This document shows, in pieces, positions 17,250 through 27,104 of a stretch of 29,494 bases of DNA; the first letter of the stretch is position 1, and each line of letters opens with the position of its first letter. Origin of the DNA: Thermodesulfobacteriota bacterium (GTDB lineage Bacteria; Desulfobacterota_D; UBA1144; Nemesobacterales; N074bin48). Below the pieces are notes generated by a model that was not told the origin of the DNA, did no database searches, and saw only the letters and a list, made by a program, of their open reading frames with translations. The stretch is from contig JBFFSH010000029.1 in assembly GCA_041572575.1 (NCBI GenBank), positions 1-29,494 of the forward strand, read 5' to 3'. Position numbers and translations under genes: made by a program.

Positions 17250-18088
17250 AATCATATAGAGTAGAACATACAACTACATACACATACTCTAGAGAAGTAT
17301 TTTTTGAGCCATTTACGCTAAGGTTAAAACCAAAATGTAATAGTTTTCAAAAACTACATGAATATGGGTTATCAATCATCCCAGAGCCTCAGGGAATAAA
17401 TGAAACACTCGACCTTGAAGACAATAATATAATAACAGCGTGGTTTGAAGGCACCCATAAAAAATTAGTTATCATAAGTAATTGCATTGTAGAACCTCTA
17501 AATATTAATCCATTTAGTTTTTTAATTACAGACGACTCTTTTTATACATTACCCGTTAACAATTCAGACAAAATTTACAGCCCATTTCTTACAAGATACA
17601 CTCACAGCAAAGAAATATCTGATTTGATCGAGCCAATTATCAATAACTCCAACAATCAAACAGTAGAATTTTTATTCAATCTTAATAACTATATCTATCA
17701 GGATTTTGAAAAAATTATTAGAGTAACCGGCAACCCCTGGAAACCTGTTAAGACTCTAAAGGAAAATAAAGGCTCTTGCCGTGACCTCGCAGTGTTGTTT
17801 ATAGAGTGCTGCAGAAGTGTTGGTCTTCCAAGCAGATTTACAAGCGGTTATAATGAGATAGATATTGATACTGAAACCAGGCAGCTGCACGCCTGGGCAG
17901 AGGTTTTTATCCCGGGAGCCGGATGGAAAGGTTATGATCCAACCCTTGGACTTGCTGTAGGAGATAAAAACATATCACTCTCATCTTCTTCACTGCCACA
18001 AAATACATATCCCATTTCTGGCAACTTCAGAGGAACGGGTGCGAGCTCCGAATTGCAATATAAAATTGAAATTTATCCAATCAGTTAA
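17246..18088 (+). CDS. Transglutaminase-like protein with bacterial N-terminal domain
   Basis: YRVEHTTTYTY N-domain; triad GSCRD / HAWAEV / YDPT. Confidence 0.92.
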   Translation: MKSYRVEHTTTYTYSREVFFEPFTLRLKPKCNSFQKLHEYGLSIIPEPQGINETLDLEDNNIITAWFEGTHKKLVIISNCIVEPLNINPFSFLITDDSFYTLPVNNSDKIYSPFLTRYTHSKEISDLIEPIINNSNNQTVEFLFNLNNYIYQDFEKIIRVTGNPWKPVKTLKENKGSCRDLAVLFIECCRSVGLPSRFTSGYNEIDIDTETRQLHAWAEVFIPGAGWKGYDPTLGLAVGDKNISLSSSSLPQNTYPISGNFRGTGASSELQYKIEIYPIS

Positions 18089-18155
18089 TTTTTAATCTAA
18101 CCTTAATATTTAATTATTCTTGATATCGAATTAATTATTAGTGAAAATATATGGC

Positions 18156-20273
18156 ATGGGATCAGTTTATTCTAACGATTTAATATCGCAGTTAAATCTG
18201 GGAGAGGGTCAGACCTTATATGGTGATACCCCTCTTACTATCTTAAAATCATTTCTTCAGTCAGGTGTAAGTTATGTAGGTGGATACCCGGGAGCTCCTA
18301 CTGCAAGTCTTATAGACGTAATATCTGATGCATATGATCCGGTACTCAAAGACTATGGTATGTATTTTGACTGTTCGGGCAATGAGGCATCTGCTGCAGC
18401 TCTTCTCTCAGCTTCAATAAACTACCCTATTAGGGGCTCAGTAAACTGGAAGATTGTCGGTACCAATGTAGCCTCGGACGCTCTTGCTCATATTTGCTCA
18501 TCAGGGGTTACAGGAGGGGCCATGATAATTGTGGGTGAGGATTATGGTTGTGACGGCACAATTGTGGCAGAAAAAGCTATGCCTTTTGCACTTAAATCAT
18601 CTATGGCCGTGATTGATCCCAGGGGTGATCTTGGAAGAATTTCATTTTTAATAGAAAAGGGTTTTGAACTCTCAGAGTATTCTAACCTTCCGGTTATGTT
18701 TATTCTTTCAACCCGCATTGCATATATAAGAAATAAAATGATTTGCAAGGATAATATAACCCCTCAGATAAGCACTCTTAGTCCAATTGATGAGTTAATT
18801 CAGGATGTGACAAAGATTCCCCTTCCCCCCTACTCTCAGCAGCAGGAAAAACTTAAATATGAAAGCAGAATACCGGCTGCAAAAGAGTTTATTTTAAATA
18901 ACAATATCAATGAACTATTTATAGGTGATGACAGTAATATCGGAATCATTACTCACGGAAGTCTATATAATTCGCTGTTAAGGTGTCTTTATAACCTTGG
19001 AGAAGCAGAACTTACCGGAAAAAGCAGTATATCTATTCTAAATCTAAATGTGACCTACCCTCTTGTACCGGAGCAGATTACCGAGTTTATTTCTGATAAG
19101 AAATCAGTACTCGTTTTAGAAGAAGGAATGCCAAATCTTATTGAAGAACAGATAAGATCAATTGCGCAGAGAAATAAAATTTATTCAGATATTTTTGGAA
19201 AGGATATGATGCCTGTAAATGGCGAATACACCCCGGACAGAATAATAAAGGGAATAGGTGATTTTCTAGTTTCCAATGCACAGTCACCTTCAAAAAAACA
19301 GGCAATAAGTAAAAAAAGCTTAGAAGTAGAGGAACACATTTCAAAAGCATCCTCATTTTTAGACGAGCCTGTAACACTTAGAAATCCTATTTTCTGTACA
19401 GGATGTCCGGAAAGACCAATATTTACTGCAATTAAAATATTAGAAGAAAAATACGGCAGGTCATACTATGCATCAGACATTGGATGTTATTCAATGAGCG
19501 GCCTTCCGCCTTTTAACCTGAGTGATTCTATAACGGGGATGGGAATAGGTCTTGCATCTGCAGGCGCAATCTCTAAAATGACCGATAAAAGAACAATCTC
19601 TTTTATGGGAGACGGCACGTTCTGGCACAGCGGCCTTACAACAAGCGTAGCAAATGCTTTATATAATAATCAGAATGCAATTCTAATCATCTTAGAAAAC
19701 TTTTGGACATCCATGACCGGGCATCATGAAAACCCTACATCTGGAGAGAATATGCGCAAGGAAGGGGTTGCAATGAGCATAGAGCAGACCCTAAGAGGTG
19801 CAGGTGTTAAATGGATAAAAGAGGTTGATCCGTATGATTTATCAGATTCCATGAAAGTCCTCTCAAAGGCTTATGAACATGATGACGGCCTTAGGGTTAT
19901 TATTTCCAGGGGAGAGTGCCAGCTTGAAAAAGACAGAAGAGAAAGAGTAATAATTAAAAAAGATATTAATGAGGGAAAGAGAACGGTACAGACCAAACTG
20001 GGTGTTGATGCTGAAGTATGCACCGGTGATCATTCATGTATGCGTCACAATGGCTGCCCTTCCCTTACACTTAAACAAAGCCCAAATATTTTAAGAAAAG
20101 ATCCTGTTGCCCATATTGAAAGCTCTTGTGTGGGATGTGGCCTTTGCGGAGAGATTGCACATGCTGCCGTGCTTTGCCCGTCATTTTATAAAGTTGATGT
20201 AATAACCAATCCTTCTATGCTTGATAAGTTGTCAAAAAGAGTAAATAACTATCTTATATCTCTTTTAAATTAA
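18156..20273 (+). CDS. iorA: Indolepyruvate:ferredoxin oxidoreductase-like alpha subunit (alternative GTG start 18141)
   Basis: GGYPGAP, NEASA, FCTGCPERP, DIGCY, TPP motif GDGTFWHSG...N, C-terminal CTGDHSC...CPS and CVGCGLC...CP Fe-S motifs. Confidence 0.9.
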   Translation: MGSVYSNDLISQLNLGEGQTLYGDTPLTILKSFLQSGVSYVGGYPGAPTASLIDVISDAYDPVLKDYGMYFDCSGNEASAAALLSASINYPIRGSVNWKIVGTNVASDALAHICSSGVTGGAMIIVGEDYGCDGTIVAEKAMPFALKSSMAVIDPRGDLGRISFLIEKGFELSEYSNLPVMFILSTRIAYIRNKMICKDNITPQISTLSPIDELIQDVTKIPLPPYSQQQEKLKYESRIPAAKEFILNNNINELFIGDDSNIGIITHGSLYNSLLRCLYNLGEAELTGKSSISILNLNVTYPLVPEQITEFISDKKSVLVLEEGMPNLIEEQIRSIAQRNKIYSDIFGKDMMPVNGEYTPDRIIKGIGDFLVSNAQSPSKKQAISKKSLEVEEHISKASSFLDEPVTLRNPIFCTGCPERPIFTAIKILEEKYGRSYYASDIGCYSMSGLPPFNLSDSITGMGIGLASAGAISKMTDKRTISFMGDGTFWHSGLTTSVANALYNNQNAILIILENFWTSMTGHHENPTSGENMRKEGVAMSIEQTLRGAGVKWIKEVDPYDLSDSMKVLSKAYEHDDGLRVIISRGECQLEKDRRERVIIKKDINEGKRTVQTKLGVDAEVCTGDHSCMRHNGCPSLTLKQSPNILRKDPVAHIESSCVGCGLCGEIAHAAVLCPSFYKVDVITNPSMLDKLSKRVNNYLISLLN

Positions 20274-20334
20274 AAATAGCCTAAATAATTATTCTTTAAA
20301 ATTCAGCTTTTCATTTTATAATCCAAATTTAGAT

Positions 20335-21936
20335 ATGCAAAGTACCAGTGATATTATCAAGATTCTTATTCCAGCTGTAGGAGGTCAGGGCGGTGGAGTG
20401 ATGACCGAGTGGCTCGTTACAGCATTCTTAAACAGCGGCTTTGAAGTACAGAGCATAAGCCTTCCGGGGCTAGCTCAAAGAGGCGGTTCCACCGCATATT
20501 ATATTGAAGCATATAAAGCTGATACTACCAGCAGCAATTCGCAATTAATCTTTTCACAGTATCCCATACCAGGAGATATTGATATAATATTGTGCCAGGA
20601 GTTCCTTGAGCTTGGACGTGTTTTAGAACAGGGGTATGGGTCAAAAAAAACCTGTATCATCTCAAGCACACACAGAATTTATTCAACCCCTGAAAAACTT
20701 CCTGTTTCGAGCGGAATATTTTCAGACGACAAACTTCATAACTTAGCAATTGAATTTTCTTCCAGATTTATAGGCCTGGATGCTAAGCAGATTGCAAAAC
20801 AAAACGGTATGGATGATCTTGCTATAAATGCCATACTGTTTGGAGCACTGGGTGCATCAAAATCTATTGCTCTGCGGTCCGATAACCTTAGAACTGCAAT
20901 TGAATCGGTAGGCATAGCCGTTAAAAACAACCTAAACGCTTATGAGATTGGATATGACTATGCAATGAATAATTTGGCTGGCAGCGATAAAGAATCTGCT
21001 AAATCTCTAAAGTATTTAGACGAAAAGAAAATTACAACCAAAAGGAAATATAGAGAAGATTTTATAAAGATTTCAGATTATATAAACAATTTTTTCCCAG
21101 AAAATCTGCATATTTATCTCATTGAAGCCGCTCATATACTCATAGATTATCAGGATCCCGAGTATGCAGAGAAGTATCTTGAAAAGGTTAATAAAGTAAT
21201 AAATGCCGATAAAACACATAATTTATTAATATCAGAACAGTTCTCAAAAAACCTGGCGCTTCTTATGAGCTATGAAGACGGAATAAGAGTGGCTGAGCTA
21301 AAAGTAAAATCCATAAGATTTTCCAATATCAAAGAAGAGATGAAGATTGAGGATAGCCAGATTTTTAATGTTACAGACTACCTTAAACCAGATGCATATG
21401 AGATTTATGGTCTTATGCCTGACTTTATAATGAGCCCTGTTATTAAAATTATTGATAATACGCCACTAAAAAGACTGAAAAGAAGGCAAAAAGATATTAC
21501 ATTTGCACAAAAACCAAAGACTACTTCGTTCTTTGGGTTTTTAAGACTATTCCTACTAACAAAATTAAAACCATTAAGACCATATTCACATAGATATGCA
21601 AATGAGAGCAGGGTAATAAATAAATACATCAAGACTACACTGGATTATTCTAATAAAGACCAGCAACTGGGACTATTAGCAGCAAAAAGTGGTTCATTAG
21701 TTAAAGGCTATGGGGATGTGAGAAGAAAAACAGTTGATGTATTTACAAGATTTATAGATAATATAATCTGGCCAATCTCCAAGGACTTAAGAGATGATCC
21801 GGATAACAACAAAGCTCTCATTAATTTTGCAGAGCAGTGTCTGGACACAATAGGTTCTGAGAGTGATAAAATTAGTGAATATGAAAAAGAGATGAGAGAA
21901 AAAATCCTTTTTCAAGGAGTAAAAAATGGGCCCTAA
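20335..21936 (+). CDS. iorB: Indolepyruvate oxidoreductase beta-family protein, long form with helical C-terminal extension
   Basis: AVGGQGGGV, PGLAQRGG, LMSYEDGIRVAELK, LVKGYGD; follows iorA. Confidence 0.85.
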   Translation: MQSTSDIIKILIPAVGGQGGGVMTEWLVTAFLNSGFEVQSISLPGLAQRGGSTAYYIEAYKADTTSSNSQLIFSQYPIPGDIDIILCQEFLELGRVLEQGYGSKKTCIISSTHRIYSTPEKLPVSSGIFSDDKLHNLAIEFSSRFIGLDAKQIAKQNGMDDLAINAILFGALGASKSIALRSDNLRTAIESVGIAVKNNLNAYEIGYDYAMNNLAGSDKESAKSLKYLDEKKITTKRKYREDFIKISDYINNFFPENLHIYLIEAAHILIDYQDPEYAEKYLEKVNKVINADKTHNLLISEQFSKNLALLMSYEDGIRVAELKVKSIRFSNIKEEMKIEDSQIFNVTDYLKPDAYEIYGLMPDFIMSPVIKIIDNTPLKRLKRRQKDITFAQKPKTTSFFGFLRLFLLTKLKPLRPYSHRYANESRVINKYIKTTLDYSNKDQQLGLLAAKSGSLVKGYGDVRRKTVDVFTRFIDNIIWPISKDLRDDPDNNKALINFAEQCLDTIGSESDKISEYEKEMREKILFQGVKNGP

Positions 21937-22357
21937 CCCGGTTGGAGCAGTAATAGGCGGATTTATTGGAGCACTTTCAGGAGCTATAGTGTGGACTGGA
22001 GTAACGATAGTATTGATGCAGGAATTGGGCCTTGCCGCAATTGCTATAGGATTTATTACCGCTCTTTTTGTAAGAAAACTTGGCAAAGGCACAACCAACA
22101 TTTATGGACTTATTGGGGCATTTTTTACTTTTTTTGGATGCATTTTAGGAAAGATACTTACTGTGATCTTTCACTTATCGCGTGAAACGGGAATATCATT
22201 TCTTGATACACTTATGGATTTTGACCTGGGTGTTATTCTTCCGATGCTGGAACAAACCATACAAAAATTTGATTATCTATTCCTGGCAGCTGCTGTTTTT
22301 ACGGGATACTTGTATTCAACTCATAAGGGAAAACAAATGCACTTTAGAAGAAGGTGA
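21926..22357 (+). CDS. Hypothetical Gly-rich membrane protein (about 4 TM helices)
   Basis: SD CAAGGAG; GAVIGGFIGALSGA glycine zipper; overlaps the iorB stop. Confidence 0.8.
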   Translation: MGPNPVGAVIGGFIGALSGAIVWTGVTIVLMQELGLAAIAIGFITALFVRKLGKGTTNIYGLIGAFFTFFGCILGKILTVIFHLSRETGISFLDTLMDFDLGVILPMLEQTIQKFDYLFLAAAVFTGYLYSTHKGKQMHFRRR

Positions 22358-22371
22358 CCTTGTAAAAACAT

Positions 22372-23484
22372 TTATGACATAAGCTCGATAAACTTATCAA
22401 ATAAATATGAAGCATCATGCGGCCCGGGAGAGGCTTCGGGATGATACTGCACTGAGAATGCAGGGTGTTTTTTATGCTCAATACCTTCTACAGTATCGTC
22501 GTTTAGATTTATATGTGTAATTTCTATATCTTTTCCAAATGAATCCGCAGCAACGGCAAAACCATGATTTTGAGATGTTATTTCAACTTCACCTGTCCTA
22601 AGGTTCTTAACAGGTTGATTCCCTCCGCGGTGGCCAAATTTAAGCTTAAATGTCTTTGCACCCAGAGCAAGACTTAAAACCTGATGACCCAGACAAATTC
22701 CAAATATCGGTTTTTTCCCAATAAGAGACTTCACGTTTTCGGCAGCATACTCTACCGGAAAGGGGTCACCGGGTCCGTTTGATAACAGTATGCCGTCGGG
22801 ATTCATGGATAAAATATCCTCTGGTGATGTAGTAGATGGAACCACACTTACATCACATCCAAGATCAACAAGTCTTCTTAGAATATTTTTCTTTACGCCA
22901 AAATCATAAACAACCACATTATGTTTTCCTGCAGTCTTAATGCTGTCAGGTTTTGGATTCCAATCATCCGTACCTTCGTTCCATTGATAAGCTTTTTCAC
23001 AAGTTACCGGTGAGACTATATCCCTGCCGGTAATAGAAGGATAAGCATGTACTTTTTTCTTAAGACTATAAATATCGAGGTCTACAGAGGAAATAACACA
23101 TTTTTGCGCCCCATCGTTTCTTATCTTTCTTGTAATAGCTCTTGTATCAATCCACTCAATTCCGACAATGCCGTGATCTTTTAGATATGTACCAAGACCC
23201 CCCTGAGACCTCCAGTTGCTGGGAGTTTTCCAAAACTCTTTAACCACAAAACCTTTTGCATGGGGCTTTGATGACTCTACATCCACGTCATTTATGCCGT
23301 AGTTTCCAATTTCAGGATAAGTCATTACTATGATTTGTTCACTATAAGAGGGATCAGTAAGAATTTCCTGATAACCGGTCAATGAAGTGTTAAAAACTAT
23401 CTCTCCAAACACTTCTCCTTTAGAGCCAAATGCGCGGCCAAAAAAGTGTGTACCATCTTCAAGTAATAGAACTGCTTTGCTCAT
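22372..23484 (-). CDS. carA: Carbamoyl-phosphate synthase small subunit
   Basis: GEIVFNTSLTGYQEILTDPSY, LSNGPGDP, GICLGHQ, SQNHGF, QYHPEASPGP. Confidence 0.97.
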   Translation of the reverse strand: MSKAVLLLEDGTHFFGRAFGSKGEVFGEIVFNTSLTGYQEILTDPSYSEQIIVMTYPEIGNYGINDVDVESSKPHAKGFVVKEFWKTPSNWRSQGGLGTYLKDHGIVGIEWIDTRAITRKIRNDGAQKCVISSVDLDIYSLKKKVHAYPSITGRDIVSPVTCEKAYQWNEGTDDWNPKPDSIKTAGKHNVVVYDFGVKKNILRRLVDLGCDVSVVPSTTSPEDILSMNPDGILLSNGPGDPFPVEYAAENVKSLIGKKPIFGICLGHQVLSLALGAKTFKLKFGHRGGNQPVKNLRTGEVEITSQNHGFAVAADSFGKDIEITHINLNDDTVEGIEHKKHPAFSVQYHPEASPGPHDASYLFDKFIELMS

Positions 23485-23494
23485 TTCGGGTTTG

Positions 23495-23522
23495 AAAATA
23501 ACATCAAATTATACCGTGTCAA
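23495..23522 (-). promoter_or_regulatory. Sigma70-type promoter for carA (very short leader)
   Basis: TTGACA (23522-23517), 16-nt spacer ending TGT, TATTTT (23500-23495), 10 nt before ATG. Confidence 0.5.
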
Positions 23523-23667
23523 ATATCATGTTATGATATGATATATTGATTATTATATATTATTATTCCTGTTGTTTTATTTTAGTATATAATTATTAGT
23601 TTAGTAGCTTTAAACTTTTATTTGTTTTAAATATTTACTCATCTGTTACAAAGGTAATTAGTTTTAT

Positions 23668-24750
23668 ATGAGCAACGAAAAAATACTAATTGTAGATGAC
23701 ATTGATTTAATCCGTTTTCTGCTTAATGACATATTATCAACTTTAGGATACGAATGCGATCTGGCAACCAATGGAAATGAATGTGTCGAAAAATGCTCTG
23801 AGACTAAATATGACTTGATACTTCTCGATGTTTACATGCCTGACCTAAACGGCTTGGAAACTATAGAGGTATTAAACATGAATAACGTTGATGCATCTAT
23901 TTTGATGCTGTCATCTTCAACAGATATTGAAGACGTAAAAACAGCACTTAAACTGGGGGCTTATGACTATTTATTTAAGCCATTTGAATTAAAAGATATT
24001 GAAACCACCGTAAAAAGAGGGCTGGAAAGAACAAGGCTTCTTAGAGAGAACAAATACTATCAACAGCAGCTCGAACAAAAAGTCCTTGAGCAAACAAACG
24101 AACTCATGGATTTATATGCCGACACGCTTGAAGGCATGGTATTAGCACTTGACCTCAGGGAACAGGAAACCGGATACCATTCGTACCGGGTAACAGAATA
24201 TACTCTTCATCTTGCAAAACAACTAAACCTGCCTAATGAAGAACTCTCAATTATTGTAAAAGGCGCACTGCTTCATGATATAGGCAAGATTGGTATTCCT
24301 GATAGCATACTTCTTAAAAATGAGAAACTACTTCCAGAAGAATGGGAAATTATGAAAACACACCCCCAGCTTGGTTATAATCTTTTAAAGAAGATAAACT
24401 TTTTGGAAGAATCCTCAAAGATAGTGCTCACACACCATGAAAGGTACGACGGCAATGGATATCCAAATGGTATAAAAAATGAAGAGATTCCGATTGGATC
24501 CAGGATATTTTCTATTGTGGATGCACTTGATGCAATGACAAGCGATAGAATTTACAGAAAGGCTATAGGATTTGGTGAGGCAAAACAAAGGATTATTGAA
24601 TCGTCCGGAACACAGTTTGATCCGGATATAATAAATATTTTTTCAAATATCTCGGCAACCGAGTGGATTGAACTTAGAAACAGGATTGAAACAACCGGTA
24701 TCACCTTTCTAAAAAACATATTATACAATGCTAATAAAAAAGCTATCTAG
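23668..24750 (+). CDS. Response regulator with HD-GYP c-di-GMP phosphodiesterase domain (RpfG-like)
   Basis: REC: ILIVDD, LLDVYMP, KPF; HD-GYP: HSYRV, LHDIGK, HHERYDGNGYP, DAMTSDRIYR. Confidence 0.93.
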   Translation: MSNEKILIVDDIDLIRFLLNDILSTLGYECDLATNGNECVEKCSETKYDLILLDVYMPDLNGLETIEVLNMNNVDASILMLSSSTDIEDVKTALKLGAYDYLFKPFELKDIETTVKRGLERTRLLRENKYYQQQLEQKVLEQTNELMDLYADTLEGMVLALDLREQETGYHSYRVTEYTLHLAKQLNLPNEELSIIVKGALLHDIGKIGIPDSILLKNEKLLPEEWEIMKTHPQLGYNLLKKINFLEESSKIVLTHHERYDGNGYPNGIKNEEIPIGSRIFSIVDALDAMTSDRIYRKAIGFGEAKQRIIESSGTQFDPDIINIFSNISATEWIELRNRIETTGITFLKNILYNANKKAI

Positions 24751-24760
24751 ATAAATTATT

Positions 24761-25507
24761 GTGAACAGATTAACACTTCTATACGATACATTTTGCAACG
24801 CAGGAAAAGAGATTATCGATCCATCCACATTTCCGTATAGAGAAGTAAGTCCAAACTGTAAAAAGTGGTGGATAGGATTTTTCAATAACATTTTTTTTAA
24901 AGGCTACTTGGGTGCCGAGTATAAAGGACTTGAATACTTACCTGAATTTGGACCCGGTATAGTAGCAGCTAACCATTTTTCTCATCTGGATGGGCTGTTA
25001 ATAAATGGCGCGTCGGCATACAGATCGAGAAGAGAAGTGGTATTTTTCGCTGCCCAGGACCTTTATGAAAAGAATTTTATATTTAAGACCATGTGTAACA
25101 TCGTAGACTGTATTCCAGTTAAAAGAGATCAAACAGATAAGGTTTCACTGCTAAAAGCAATCAGACTTCTAAGGAGCAATAAGCTGTTCGGAATTTTTCC
25201 TGAAGGCCAAAGGTCACGTGACGGCAAAATAGGCGAAGCCAAAGACGGAGTAGCAATTTTAGCCCTTGCAACAGGATGCCCGGTAATACCAATGGGGATA
25301 GATGGGACATATAGGGCGCTGCCAAGAAAATCCAATTTTATTAAACCTGTGAATGTAAGTTTAAGTATCGGCAAACCACTTCTTTACCCTAAGACTAAAA
25401 AACCTTCAGAAACTCAAATTATAGATGTTAGGGAAGAAATAATGTTTGAGATTAAGAAACTTAGAAATGAAGCTGTAGACTGGAAAGAAAACAGGCTTGC
25501 GGCTTAA
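24761..25507 (+). CDS. Lysophospholipid / 1-acyl-sn-glycerol-3-phosphate acyltransferase family protein (PlsC-like)
   Basis: NHFSHLD (HX4D), IFPEGQRS, PVIP. Confidence 0.88.
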   Translation: MNRLTLLYDTFCNAGKEIIDPSTFPYREVSPNCKKWWIGFFNNIFFKGYLGAEYKGLEYLPEFGPGIVAANHFSHLDGLLINGASAYRSRREVVFFAAQDLYEKNFIFKTMCNIVDCIPVKRDQTDKVSLLKAIRLLRSNKLFGIFPEGQRSRDGKIGEAKDGVAILALATGCPVIPMGIDGTYRALPRKSNFIKPVNVSLSIGKPLLYPKTKKPSETQIIDVREEIMFEIKKLRNEAVDWKENRLAA

Positions 25508-25513
25508 TTTGAT

Positions 25514-26938
25514 TTATGCAAGCTGCTTTGCAAGCAGTTCATTTATAACCTTTGGATTAGCCTTACCTTTTGTCTCTTTCATTACCTGACCAACAAAAAA
25601 TCCAAGCAGTTTTTGATCACCATCTTTAAAACGTTTTACCTCATCTGGATGTTTATTTACAATAGCTTCAATGAGACTTTCAAGTTCTCCCTCATCTGAT
25701 ATCTGCTCTAACCCTTTTTCTTTTACAATTTGTTCTGCAGACTGTCCTGTATCAATCATCTGAGAAAATACATCTTTTGCAATTTTTCCGCTAATGCTCC
25801 CTTTATGAATGAGTCCAAGGAGTTTTGATAGTTCTTTGGGTGTAATTTTAAAATTAACTATTTCTTCCTCATCACCTATTTCACGCAGAACTTCGTTAAT
25901 AATCCAGTTGGATACAATTTTTGTATCTGAACAAAACTCAAGGGCATCTTCAAAATAATCTGCAAGCGCTTTGGTTGAAGTTAACACCAGTGCACTTGCA
26001 TCCGGAAGTTTATAATCTTTTATGAACCTATCGTATCTTTTGTCAGGAAGCTCAGGCAGAGAACCTTGAATAGTCTCTATCTCTTTATCTTCTAATACAA
26101 CCGGCAGCAGATCAGGGTCTGGAAAGTACCTGTAATCATGAGCCTCTTCTTTGCTTCTCATTGAAAATGTTACATTTTTATTTGAATCAAAAAGCCTTGT
26201 CTCCTGTATTACCTGCCCGCCTGACTCTAGTACGGATATTTGTCTTTCTATCTCATACTCAATAGCTTTTTGAACAAACCTGAATGAGTTTACATTCTTT
26301 ATTTCAGCCTTAGTACCCAGTTTATCCGAGCCAACAGGTCTTACTGAAATATTGGCATCGCACCTCAGGCTTCCCTCTTCCATATTACCATCACATACAC
26401 CTATAAATGTTAGTATGGAACGGAGTTTTTTCATATATGCAACAGCCTCATCTCCGCTTGACATATCAGGCTCACTAACTATTTCTATAAGAGGCACACC
26501 AGTTCTATTGAGATCAACAAAGCTATAGTGCTCAGAGTCTTCATGTATTAACTTGCCCGCATCTTCTTCCATATGAATACGATTTATTCTAATTTTCTTG
26601 GTTTCCCCATCAAGATCAATATCAAGCTGCCCGCCTGTGCAAAGCGGCTGTTCATATTGAGTAATCTGATAACCCTTTGGAAGATCGGGATAAAAGTAGT
26701 TCTTACGGTCAAACCTTGATACATTATGTACTGTGCAGTTTGTAGCTATCGCTGCCATCGTTGCATACTCAAGCGCTTTTTTATTCAGAACTGGCAGTAC
26801 CCCGGGCATCCCGAGACAAATAGGACAGACCTGCGAGTTTGGCTCTGCTCCAAATTTAGTAGAACATGAACAGAATATTTTTGTATCCGTCGATAACTGA
26901 GCATGTACTTCAAGACCAATCACAGCCTCATAATTCAT
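25514..26938 (-). CDS. gatB: Asp/Glu-tRNA(Asn/Gln) amidotransferase subunit B
   Basis: IGLEVHAQL, RKNYFYPDLPKGYQITQ, HMEEDAGK, EGSLRCDANIS, DYRYFPDPDL, GQVMK. Confidence 0.97.
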   Translation of the reverse strand: MNYEAVIGLEVHAQLSTDTKIFCSCSTKFGAEPNSQVCPICLGMPGVLPVLNKKALEYATMAAIATNCTVHNVSRFDRKNYFYPDLPKGYQITQYEQPLCTGGQLDIDLDGETKKIRINRIHMEEDAGKLIHEDSEHYSFVDLNRTGVPLIEIVSEPDMSSGDEAVAYMKKLRSILTFIGVCDGNMEEGSLRCDANISVRPVGSDKLGTKAEIKNVNSFRFVQKAIEYEIERQISVLESGGQVIQETRLFDSNKNVTFSMRSKEEAHDYRYFPDPDLLPVVLEDKEIETIQGSLPELPDKRYDRFIKDYKLPDASALVLTSTKALADYFEDALEFCSDTKIVSNWIINEVLREIGDEEEIVNFKITPKELSKLLGLIHKGSISGKIAKDVFSQMIDTGQSAEQIVKEKGLEQISDEGELESLIEAIVNKHPDEVKRFKDGDQKLLGFFVGQVMKETKGKANPKVINELLAKQLA

Positions 26939-27104
26939 TTTAATAAAACCTCTCTGTTTTCTTTTAAAGTTAGTAATTTATAAGGATTTTTTGCAGAAAA
27001 TCAAATGACAAATTTCTTATAATTCTAATCGACTTAAGGTATAAGTGGTTATTTTTTTTATTTTTAAATATTCTAGGTCTATTAGATCAACAAAAGTTTA
27101 TTAA

